A stretch of 64,000 nt of DNA from Aplysia californica. Lineage: Eukaryota. Shown here piece by piece: positions 11,059-22,012 of this stretch. The translations under genes and the position numbers were made by a program. Numbering within the stretch: the first letter of the stretch is position 1; each line of letters opens with the position of its first letter. The stretch covers positions 5,359-69,358 of the forward strand of contig NW_004798575.1 of the NCBI RefSeq assembly GCF_000002075.1, written 5' to 3'. Below the pieces are notes generated by a model, which had not been told where the DNA came from, did no database searches, and saw only the letters and a program-made list of their open reading frames with translations.

Positions 11059-14000
11059 ACACACACACACACAAAGATACACTGCTATCTGCTGTCCCAT
11101 TCACACACACTTTGTTGCACACACACACACACACACGCGCGCGTCTCCTGGAACTTCTGACATACCTCTTTGTCTGTCTTGCATTTGCCTCCCACACACA
11201 CACACACTGAACACATCAGCCATTTCTTCATATGTTCATACGAAGCGAAAATAATGCTGCCAGCATTTGTCCTCGAAGGGGCTCTGACAAAATTGCCAGA
11301 GTTAATATTGTAAGACAGTTTCCATTTCCCAGGGTATTGTCTTTTGCTGTTTGAAATAACGATTTGTTCTGTTTTGTGAACTTTACTCAACTTGCGACTG
11401 TCAGTAGGAAAGAGATTTTGTTTTCATTTATCTTTTGTGCTTGCATTTATTGTGTTATTGGTGACGTGTCCTCTAGCATTAAGTACCCTTGTATCTATTT
11501 CAATAAGTTGTCAAGTTCGTTCCTGCCCCCCCCCCCCCCCTACCTCCAGAAAATCACAGTGCTTCTTTTTCCCATGATTCGAAATAAATTTCCTAACCCT
11601 CATTAATTGTCGTTCTTAATTACAAGTGTGTGTGTGTATTACAGTTTTGTTCACTAGTTGTTTTTTTTCCTTCTGTATTCTTTATTATTCATTCATTATG
11701 TTCGGCCAGTCAGTGGACATAGAGACTTGCGTCCAGGTTCTTGTGCGGCCATTTCTTTCTTCCTTCCTTCCTTGCGTTGAATGCCATGTTCTGCTGTTTC
11801 AGCTGGCTGATTCTATTACACTTGTATAACTAGGAGGCTTTTGGTTTAGATTTGGGTTAGGGTTCTGTTTTAATTTCCTTATAATTACCGTACGATTTAT
11901 ATGTGTGTACATACGTTGCTTTGGAGCTGTGTTGTTTCTTATCGTTTTGTACTTGATGCTTCCTTTAGTAGTCATTGTTGTGAAGTATTTCCGAGGTGTG
12001 TTTTGTGTGTCATTATCTTGTTTGCATTTTGTTGCACCGTATGGGGGTAGGAAATATTTCCTTTGTAAACCACACCTCCTTCCTTCACCGTGGGCGTGCA
12101 GGTCGTTTGTGCACAGCGGTCTGCTGGGGAATGAAACGCGCGTGGGTTTGTTTTGTTTTGTGTTTTTTGTTTGTTGTTGTTTTTTGTTGGAGCGATGACT
12201 CGGAAATAACTATTTTATACAATGCAGGTTGATGTTGCTGGGTGTCTGCCTTGAAAATGAAAATTGAGCTAGTTTTTTATTTTCTGTTGTGATTTTGAGT
12301 TTGAATCGCTGAGACCGCTCTTATGATGACATCTTTACATTCTAGTAATTTTGTTTCAACTGCTTTGACTAAATGAAAATCTCGCAGTAATTTTGAGCTT
12401 TCTGCTCTGTAGACCAAATGACAATCTTGTACAGAGATATAGTTTTAAACTGCTTGAGCAGCCGTTATCAAAGTTACACATAGAGTCATAGAGTGCTGAA
12501 AAATGAATTAAGTTGGGTTGTGTGTTTGTTAGTTGTTGTTTTTTTTGTTGAAATTTTGAAATGTACCATGTCGGGCAGATGTTAATTGTATAAAATGTTG
12601 TGTATGGTGTGGTCTGTTACCCTGGGTTTGTATGAGTGAAGAAATGACTTGTCATTCAGATTGTGTGGTGGTGAAGATTGGTCAACTGCGGTTAGCCCTG
12701 TTGTTTGAGTGAATCGTCTGTGGAGATGTATCGTAATGTATGTGGTGGTGGTGGTGGTGATTGGTCAACGAGGAAACGCCTGACGCTATTATCATATATG
12801 GCATGGGTGGACTGTTTGTGTGTGGTTGTGAAGAAGAACAAATGTGCGAGTTTGCTTTCCCCCTCCTCTGTGATGACTTGTTCTGTATATGGTGTGTGTC
12901 ATCGGCTGGCTGTGTCACGTGTGTGTGTGTGTGTCGCGCACGCCGGTCACAGGGAAGGGAGCCGTGTCGTCGCCGCCGCCGCTCCCCTTTTTTGTCAGAG
13001 TCCCCTCTCGGACAAGTGCTTTTTGTCCACACTGTATTTATTACTGAGAGAGTTTTTTTGGGAGGAGTTTTGTGAACGTGGATGGTGGAGAAGGGTGCAA
13101 GGCTTTGTACAGTACGCCAGAGTTGTTGTACAAAAACTTAACAAAGAGTTTCGTTTTGTGGCTTTGTATTATGATGCTTTGGATTTGTTCCGTGTTTTTG
13201 TTCGCTTTTTTTTTTTTTCTTTTTGTTCTTAGTTAGTGTCTCATGAGATTTGAAGTCAATGATAGCATTTTGTCTTTGTTTTGGTTGAATGCATGGATTT
13301 ATTTTTTGGAGCTCGTTTTGTGACTTTGCGCATAAAAAAATTTTGAGAAGTGTCAGTTGTATCTTTTGCATAGTTAGTTTCAGACTTCTTTAGGCCAGGG
13401 TCAGAAGTCAGTGCAAGTGTGAACTGAAATATAGAGAAAAGGTCAAATTTCATCTCACAGGTTTTTACAGCTTTTGGAGGCAGGGGAAACTTTTAGACGA
13501 AAGAGCAGAAATTAATTTTTCATACCACTTTCAGAAGCTGGGGAAAAGTATAGAAAAAGTGACCAGATTGTTAGCGTGTTATTCTTAGTTGCTTGCCAGA
13601 ACGAGAAGATTTTGACAGTTAAGTTTGAGTTGATTTTCTTGCTGTGTAACCTATTCTAAAGTTTTCAAATTCACTAAAAAAAAAAATTTTTTAAAGAAAT
13701 GAATGAGTTATGATTTTTTTTTCCATCTCGGTCAAGCTTATCGTGTGTAAGATTTTCAATCTTGTATTGTACTGGACATCAGTTATAATAGGGCATGCTC
13801 ATTTTTATCACCGCATTCATTGACTTTGAATTATTCTTGGAATGGGCACCATCAAATGGATGAATGATGAGTTGACATTTATTTCACCTAGAGATCTAGT
13901 AAATGGTATTTTGTGGATTTTTTGTTTTGTATTTTAATTAATTTTTTTCCCCCTCCCTCTCAATAAGTATAAAAAGCAATCTGGTCACGCATGGGTGACT

Positions 14001-14620
14001 CTGACCTCCTGTGGTGGATTGACAGAAACTGCTGTCTGTGATCAGGGATGGATCTTAGCTGAACTTGTGAGACATTTAGAAACTTACCAACACTGGTTGG
14101 TAGATATGTCAGTTTTGTACATGTTTTCAAAAAAAGTTCGGGGTTTTACAAACTTATTGAAGGATGACGATAGACATTTGTTTGGGTGTTTTTTTCCCCC
14201 CATTTTTCACAGTGTTTAACCAAGTTATAGAAATAATTTATTGATCTAAGCATATTTTTTCTTTTTTTCTGTAAAAAAAGGAAAGACATTGCACTAAACA
14301 GTAAGCAGAGAGGGGAGATAGCTCCCTCCCCCACGCCCATTTCTTTCTCAAGCTTGGAATAAAATTCTCGCATGGTCGATTTTGTTATTAAGTAAGGTCA
14401 GGGAGTTAATTATTTTCTCTATGAATTGCAGTAGGTTCTATTTTTGCTGCCAAGTTTTTCTGTAAACATGTGCTTGTATCATAGAGAATATTTTGTCCCC
14501 AGAATGGTTTGTTTTTCTTCCTCCAATGACTCCCAACTCTGTAAAGAATCTTGATCAGATGTGTACATGCAAAGATGATTATTAAATAATAAACTTTTGG
14601 AATTCACTCTCCTCTCTTGT
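10927..14620 (+). other. Probable long eIF4E 3' UTR with alternative poly(A) signals
   Basis: U/GU-rich stretch with no recognisable transposon after the stop codon; AATAAA at 11583, 14358 and 14588; dispersed repeats resume at about 14640, right after the last signal. Confidence 0.55.
10979..11207. repeat. (CA)n microsatellite cluster in the eIF4E 3' UTR
   Basis: Interrupted CA runs. Confidence 0.95.
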
Positions 14621-14642
14621 TGTAGATTTTGTCTGTACGGTA

Positions 14643-14890
14643 GATGGTTGGCAGGTGTTCAGGTGTGGTTTATTGTTTTACAAGAGCTATAAAACTGACA
14701 GAGTGGGTAGTTGGCGGGTGCTCTGGTGTGGTTTGCTTGTCCTTTTTTCCTATCAAACATCTAGCATATCTTTCTCCCTTCCTTCATTGTTGTGTTTGTT
14801 ACTGCCTTGTAACACCTCTAGTCTTCGGCACTTATATGACCTTATTGTGTTGCAAGTGCCATAAAACTCTTAAAGAAAAAAAAAGAAGCT
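14643..14890 (+). mobile_element. Retroposon 3'-end fragment (family 2)
   Basis: Similar to 6884-7065; ends in an A-rich tail. Confidence 0.65.
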
Positions 14891-14916
14891 GACAAAAACT
14901 TTAAAAAAGGATTTGT

Positions 14917-14990
14917 CTGTGGTGTAGTGGTTAGGCGCTTCACCGCCGCACCCAGAAGACATGGGTTCTCATTCCTTCGTGGGGAGAATT
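14917..14990 (+). mobile_element. tRNA-derived SINE head (family 1), truncated
   Basis: ctgtggtgtagtggttaggcgcttcacc...gggttctcattcc matches the 1028 and 857 copies. Confidence 0.6.
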
Positions 14991-14994
14991 TTCA

Positions 14995-15350
14995 AAGATT
15001 ATCTGTCAGATCAGATGGACAGAAGGGGTCACCAATGTAGAAGTGTTAAAAGGAAAACAAGACAGATCCCAGTCAGAGATGAGGCAGGAAGAAGGCGGTG
15101 GCGATGGATTGGACATACTCTCAGGAAGTCAGGCAGCTGCATAACAGAGAAAGTTTTGGATTGGAACCCTCAGGGTAATAGATCAAGTCAAGGGGAAGAC
15201 CGCGTGGAACCTGGAGAAGAATCACAGAAATCAATGTACAGAAAAGTGGGAAGACATGGAGTAACACCAAGTATCAAGAGGCTATCCCGGGATAGAGAAA
15301 GGAGGAAAGTGTTTGTCCGTGGCCTGTACCCTGGTGCAGGGTGAGAAAGG
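14995..15350 (+). mobile_element. RTE-clade LINE fragment (ORF C-terminus)
   Basis: [13 protein letters not shown]...KVLDWNPQG, then a frameshifted GRPRGTWRR; typical RTE C-terminal motifs. Confidence 0.85.
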
Positions 15351-15404
15351 CAATGATCTGTCAGCTGTGACATCATGTTTACTTTACTTTCTACTTTGAT
15401 CCCC

Positions 15405-15630
15405 CGCTTATACCCTTTGGGCATTTTGGGTGTCGTGGGAAGAAAAAGGCGTCTCTCTGTCACCAGCCGGAGAGCTTGGGTCATGGGGATGCCATGAGTT
15501 GTTAGTCACTAGTGTTTCCCTGACTCCATCTATCCAGGTCTTTCTCCGTCGCCCTCTGGCCTTGTTGCCATTGAAAAGTTGCAGGCTAACGGGGCTCTGG
15601 TGAAACTGTGACAGGCCTAGCAAGTCGGCT
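15405..15630 (-). mobile_element. RTE-like LINE 3' fragment
   Basis: Minus strand GNKARGRRRKTWIDGVRETL; inverted homologue of about 15850-16010. Confidence 0.75.
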
Positions 15631-15689
15631 GTGGATTATATTTTATTATTGCTACAAAAACTGCCTTAGAAAAGCAGTAAACAAGACCA

Positions 15690-16030
15690 GGCGAGACAAA
15701 ATTAGAAACTCAGTACATTGTAATCCCAGAAATGGCGGGCACAAATGATGTCATGCATCACATCCAACACCAAAGAATCAAATGGTTCGGACATCTCCTT
15801 CGATTACCACACACCATCCAGCATAACGTGCCTACATTTTAAAAAATCGATGGCAACAAGGCTAGAGGGCGACCGAGAAAGACCTGGATAGATGTCTCGG
15901 AGTCAAGGAAACATTAACCACCCACGGCATCCCCCTGACCCAAGCTCTCCGGCTGGCGACAGAGAGACGTCTCTTTCTTCCCGCGACACCCAAAAGGGTA
16001 TAAGTATAAGCGGCGGATAAAAGTAAATTG
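15690..16030 (+). mobile_element. RTE-like LINE 3' fragment
   Basis: QRIKWFGHLLRLP...GNKARGRPRKTWID; ends in taagtataag. Confidence 0.8.
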
Positions 16031-16054
16031 AAAATAAAGCTACAAAAACTAAGA

Positions 16055-16565
16055 AAAAAAAGAAACCACATTATGTAACCCTCCCAATGTGGGGTGGGCC
16101 TGACAGGCTGGGTGTGGGTGGTTGGCGGGTGCTCTGGAGTGGTTTGCTTCTTCTTTCCTATTAAACATATAGTCGCTTTTGAGGACAAGCGGACTAACCC
16201 ATATTTCGGAGGTTTCCAGAAATCTTGACCTACACCAAAAGTGGGCATTGCCCTACCAATAGGAGAAGTTTGGTTTCATTGGTGTGTATAATTGTTAGGT
16301 TATAGAGAAAACTCTCCTTGTCCTTTTTAAAGAAACTGACCAAGGCGCAAAAACTTTATATCTTCGATTTTCTCACTACAGCATTTTTCGGGATAGCCCC
16401 CTTGTCCTTAAAAAAAGCGACCAATTGACCATAATATATCGTCTTTATCTCCACTCCTTCTTTTTGGTGTTTGTTACTCTCTTGTAACACCTCTAATCTT
16501 CGGCACTTATATGATCTTATTGTGTTGCAAGTGCCGTAAAACTCTTACTAAAACTAAACTAAAAC
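16055..16565 (+). mobile_element. Family 2 retroposon fragment interrupted by a MITE
   Basis: Family 2 sequence stops at about 16170 and resumes at about 16435. Confidence 0.65.
16172..16421. mobile_element. MITE with imperfect TIRs
   Basis: gtcgcttttgaggacaagcggacta / tagcccccttgtccttaaaaaaagcgac. Confidence 0.65.
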
Positions 16566-16705
16566 CTTTTCACCGCCCTGTTGTCTTCCTGATTTTTAGC
16601 CAAAGTAGTACAATGTACAATTTGATTCTCAAATCTTATGTCAAGGTATACGATAATCTTTCATCACAACATTTAGAGGAGGAAGTCACACTTTTACCCT
16701 ACCCT

Positions 16706-16711
<6 letters not shown>

Positions 16712-16786
<75 letters not shown>
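16712..16786. repeat. (CT)n microsatellite
   Basis: Perfect CT run. Confidence 0.97.
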
Positions 16787-16788
<2 letters not shown>

Positions 16789-17742
16789 ATTTCTGAGTAC
16801 GTGTGCTTGCACTTCATTCACCCCCCTNNNNNNNNNNNNNNNNNNNNNNNNNNNNNNNNNNNNNNNNNNNNNNNNNNNNNNNNNNNNNNNNNNNNNNNNN
16901 NNNNNNNNNNNNNNNNNNNNNNNNNNNNNNNNNNNNNNNNNNNNNNNNNNNNNNNNNNNNNNNNNNNNNNNNNNNNNNNNNNNNNNNNNNNNNNNNNNNN
17001 NNNNNNNNNNNNNNNNNNNNNNNNNNNNNNNNNNNNNNNNNNNNNACAAAAGATATTATAATTTGACATAATAAGTAATAAGACAAAATTCGACCATGAC
17101 CTTCGAAAATTACATGTACATGTATTGAATTTGTCAATCCACGGTCATTTTTAAAAATATTTTAGACAATTTTACAATAACTTTAAGATTGAAAAACAAA
17201 AACAAAACTAGATCTAGATTCTAGATCTATATTTAAATCATGGTTTAAAATAAATCAAACGAAAATTGTCTCCTTATTCCTGTTCTGGTTTCAAGTTTCA
17301 GTTGAAAATTAAAAGTTCTTTCCATTTATTTCATGCCTCTATAACCTTTTTCACATCACATGTTTGACACTTGTTAGTTGGGATTGATTCACACAACAAC
17401 CTGCCTGATCCTTCTCTCTATATAAAGTCCATAGAAAGTAGAAAGTGTATGGGTGAGAACCACCCAGCCAGTATTTCCTTACAAAAAAATGCACGGGTGG
17501 ACAACACCCACCTGGTAGGAATCGCCATAAAAATTTTTGACCCGTAGTCATCTCCCACACATTTATTATATGAACATTTCTGATACTGATAGATCAGAGC
17601 GTTAAATACACCCCATTTGAGGATTACATAGAAGCACAAGTGTGTGGATTGAACGCTTTCGGAGTTATGTCCTTACAAAGTGGTCAGGTGGGTGTATTAC
17701 ACCCAGCCGGTGGGGAAAGGGTTTTAACGTTGCTTTACGTTT

Positions 17743-18251
17743 TGTTTTTGTAAGTGTTTTACGGCGCATAAGGTCATATGAGCGCGCGGGACACACTAAA
17801 CTTTTTCAGTTGGTAGGAAATTTTGAATTTTGCCCGGGTGGCGGCCGAAGCCTACTCTTATCGATTTTAGACCACCAAGGGATCTTTAACGTGCACAACT
17901 TGCACACGGGACCTCCGAGATTTTTCGCCCTTGTCCGAGAAGGCTAGGTGTAGATCTTTCCTACCAGAAGATCAGGGGTGTGGCTGAAAGACAGCAGTAA
18001 GAAGAAGCCAATGAGTAGCAGTAGAAAGGCTGCAGAAAGAATCAGGAGCCCAGAGGAGGGGGCAAAGGAGGTGAAGGGGTGGGGGCAGAAAGAGGAGACG
18101 AAAGCAGACGACAGAACATTGCTAGAGAGAAGCAAAGGAGGTGAAAGGAGACAAATTTAGAGAAGAAAATATTTTGGTCGCTACCCGGATTCGAACCCGG
18201 GTGCTTTGAATGAGAGGCGAACACCTTAACCTCTAGGCCACGAGAGCCCCC
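17743..18251 (-). mobile_element. Full-length tRNA-derived SINE with a conserved-type central domain and an 11-bp TSD
   Basis: Minus-strand head gggctctcgTGGCCTAGAGGttaagg...GGTTCGAATCCggg (18249-18176); central gaggtcccgtgtg..gtgcacgttaaagatcccttggtggtc resembles, from memory, the Meta/MESC-type SINE domain; TSD gctttacgttt at 17732-17742 and 18252-18262. Confidence 0.85.
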
Positions 18252-20963
18252 GCTTTACGTTTAGAGAGAGTACGATCATAGGCTACGTGAAATGGAAAGC
18301 GAGGACAAAAGAAAACTGCTCAATTACTCTCATTCCCATAGTCATACTCTCGATAACTTTATCGTTTAAAAGTGTGCCGTTATGAATATTCATGAATTGA
18401 AACACTCATTGGCGCGCGCCTCGATTTCGCTTTGACTTTGAGGGCGCGAGACAATTTAAATTTAAAATACTCGTTGATTGGTTTTCCAGGAGCTCGGCTA
18501 TTTCAACATTGCCGAGGTCAATAACGATTATTAAAAACTGCGACGGTCGAAAAATTGAGAGAGGGTGGCTACCCAGTTTGACTCTTTAAACAAAATTCCA
18601 AAATGTGTCTATAACATTAACCATGGAATCTAACTTTATTTTTGGTTAGATTGTAAAAGTAAATAAGATTCGAGATTACTTTATTTTAATAATACAATTA
18701 AAAAAGAGGAATTTTGTCGTTTGATTTGATCTATTGTTGGTTCAAACAAGTTTCACCATTGCCACTTTGAGTTTTAGTAGGCTATGGACCATCATTCTTC
18801 CGAAAGTCTAAATAATAAAATGCAAATCCGCGATCGCCAAAATTAAGAAAAGTAGGCCTAATAATGATTTTGTACTAGATTCTATAACTGAACAATACTT
18901 ATTATCACAAATGCTCACGTGATGCTTAACACTCATATATTTTACTAAATTGTTACTGTTTATTTAAATATAAAAATATAAATATATTGCACAGCCTAAT
19001 TTGTGTATCACCTATCCCCGCTCAACAGCAAGCTCTTGCGCTTAATGTCCAGAGGGGCTAGACTATCGTAATATTTCATTCTTTTTAAAGACTTATAACT
19101 TATGCTAACTTTCTTTCTCAAGTTGCAAAGGTTTATAGGCTTGAATTTAACAAGGCAAATGATATTAGGCCTAGGCTATAATTCAATCTGTGTTCTGAAA
19201 AAAAAAGATGAGTGCTTGACAAACTGGCACAACTTCGACTTGAAAGGTCAGTGCGCAAGTCAAAAGTTAACAAGACTCACCAGCGGGCAGCGGAGCAGAC
19301 GACAGACGACAGACGAAGACGAGTCACAGTTTGTTGGGCGCGACTTCACGAGCAGTAGATTTATCTACCCAAGTTCCGAGTTCCGAGGGGAAACGCCGTG
19401 TGCCATACTCTACATGTGAACAAGATGATTATATCTGCACAAACTGATCAGGTCTGTTGTTAATCATTAGTCTTTCTTACTTTCCCTTTTCGAAAAATCT
19501 CCCCGACTTTATTATTGTTTGTTCTGATGATGATAGGCGAATCATCATCACCACGAAGTGCCAGACGGATCATCATCGGCGATCTTGGTTCTCCGTTTAT
19601 TTTCTCCCCTCGGATGCTCTCAAAATTCTTACGTCCTCGTGTTTCCTCGTCACATGTCTCCTCAGTTTCCCATTTTATACTTCTCTGGGTCTGCCCCTGC
19701 CTCCTCCCTTCAATCTGCCCGGAGTGATGATTGATTGAAGCCCTTTATGTCCAGTCTTAGAAACCACAATTTTGTCGCCTTCCAATTGTTCTTGTTAGGC
19801 AGGAGAGCAGCTCACTCAGGCTTCTTTCATAAGCCGTTAGGATTAAATCTAGATCTAGATCTCTCGTTTGATGGATTTTCTATCCATAAAATTCTCAAAA
19901 GTCCTCCAGAATGTTATGATACCAAAATGTGATATTATTGTATCTTGATTTTGTGTGTATATGTCGCACAGGGNNNNNNNNNNNNNNNNNNNNNNNNNNN
20001 NNNNNNNNNNNNNNNNNNNNNNNNNNNNNNNNNNNNNNNNNNNNNNNNNNNNNNNNNNNNNNNNNNNNNNNNNNNNNNNNNNNNNNNNNNNNNNNNNNNN
20101 NNNNNNNNNNNNNNNNNNNNNNNNNNNNNNNNNNNNNNNNNNNNNNNNNNNNNNNNNNNNNNNNNNNNNNNNNNNNNNNNNNNNNNNNNNNNNNNNNNNN
20201 NNNNNNNNNNNNNNNNNNNNNNNNNNNNNNNNNNNNNNNNNNNNNNNNNNNNNNNNNNNNNNNNNNNNNNNNNNNNNNNNNNNNNNNNNNNNNNNNNNNN
20301 NNNNNNNNNNNNNNNNNNNNNNNNNNNNNNNNNNNNNNNNNNNNNNNNNNNNNNNNNNNNNNNNNNNNNNNNNNNNNNNNNNNNNNNNNNNNNNNNNNNN
20401 NNNNNNNNNNNNNNNNNNNNNNNNNNNNNNNNNNNNNNNNNNNNNNNCCCCATCCCCTTCCTTGCCCTCCCTTTTTGTCTCCCTCTCTGTCTGTCTCTCT
20501 CTTTCTCTCTGTATGTAGACTCTAGGCCCTAAATGTGTTTATATATTGATCTAGATCTAGATCTACATAATAAAAACCTGTCTTTATACAGCCAACCTTG
20601 GGATGAGCATCAAGTGGACTGGTCTTTTTCAAGGGAAGCAATTCTGCCTTTACTCACTAAGATTAAGGACAAGATGATGAGTTAATTCCCTTTCCTATTT
20701 CCTTCTGGAAAAGAAAATGGCCTTCAGGCTTTCTTTCACCGTGTTATGATCCCTCCTAACTCACCGCAACAGATTCGTTTGTGAGAGCGGGAGGCCATCT
20801 TGTCAAGTAGCCTATTGGAAAAAGGAAATAACTTATTTAAAAAATTATGGTCTTTTCCGTAGTCTTGACCATTGACAGAATTATTTCCCCTCGATGTTGG
20901 CCAGTCTGAGAGGATAGATCTCTAGCATTAGCTGGCTCATCATTGGAGATGCACGTTTTTGTT

Positions 20964-21111
20964 GGAATGACTTCCGTAACGAGCGACTACCCTATCAAAC
21001 ACAATAAAGAAGAGGCCTAACCCTACCCCTACCCCTACCCCTAAACCTACCCCTACCCCTAGCCCTCAATCCTGCTGTCTCATAGTGGTCGCTCGTTACG
21101 GAAGTCCTCCC
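20964..21111. mobile_element. Small MITE with an internal telomere-like (CCCTAC/CCCTAA) run
   Basis: 22-bp IR gacttccgtaacgagcgactac (20969-20990) / gtggtcgctcgttacggaagtc (21085-21106), one mismatch; ttttgtt on both flanks. Confidence 0.7.
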
Positions 21112-21304
21112 ATTTTGTTAATCGACATGCTTGTTTTCGTGACGATGTAGCGTATCTTTGTTTTTCATACAGATTTTCTATTCAGTTTCAGTTAAACTTA
21201 CAGTTAAAAAAGCAGGCAACAAAGTGCAGTTTTGTGACAAAGTGTGATATAGAATCTGGGCATTTCTAGCTCTCTCCATTTTTCTGGCTTTCAGAAAAAT
21301 TAAA

Positions 21305-21460
21305 TGGTTGGCGAGTGCTCTGTTTTGGTTTGTTTCTTCTTCCCTATTAAACATCGTCCTTAAAAATCTCTTCTCCTTTTTTGTTTGTTACTCTCTAGTA
21401 ACACCTCTAATATCTTAGGCACTTATATGACCTGATTGTGCCATAAAACTTACTAAAACT
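21305..21460 (+). mobile_element. Retroposon 3'-end fragment (family 2)
   Basis: ggttggcgagtgctctg...gtaacacctctaa...ggcacttatatgacc...cttactaaaact. Confidence 0.65.
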
Positions 21461-22012
21461 ATTTTGATACTTATGAATTTTTTTTCGCACAGGGGATGTT
21501 CAGCACTCCCAACAGCCTGCCCGCCATTACTAGACTTGGCAGAGGACCCAAAGCATGGCATTTCTAATGGACCACAAAGGTTTGTTTTGTTTTAATGTCC
21601 AAACGGGAAGTTAGTGTGAAGGTTGGGGTGGTGGTAGAAATGTTATAAATTAATACAAGGATGCCAAATGTCCGTTTTTTCCGGGTTTTTTTCATCCATT
21701 TTTGTTTGCTCATTTATAAGCTTTTCAAGGTTCGGTTTAGGTGAGATGTGATGCTCCACTCATTTTCAGTTTTTTTTTCTCCAAAAATCATTTGTCATCC
21801 CTGTTATAATTAGAAAGTATTTGAAAGATAGCCAGCTCAGGTGGAAATACAACCTTTCTATTGTAAATAAAAAGGAGACGCACGTTCTGACCTATTGTAA
21901 CGTTTCATTTTGTTTAGCATATGCAAATATATTAATATAGACATTTTGCACAGGGATTGTACTCCTTGAAACACTCGAGTGAAATTTAAGCATGTTGAGG
22001 CCTAAGCAAGGA

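Noticed and set aside
12682-13232. ORFs of 104-175 aa
   Set aside because: GT-rich low-complexity translations inside the probable eIF4E 3' UTR.
17340-17728. piggyBac-like MITE ending in aaagggttttaa
   Set aside because: No convincing matching left terminal repeat or TTAA duplication.
18176-18249. Functional tRNA-Glu(CTC) gene on the minus strand
   Set aside because: Acceptor and anticodon stems do not pair; it is the head of a TSD-flanked SINE.
21016-21066. Interstitial telomere
   Set aside because: Mostly CCCTAC rather than CCCTAA, very short, and enclosed in a MITE.
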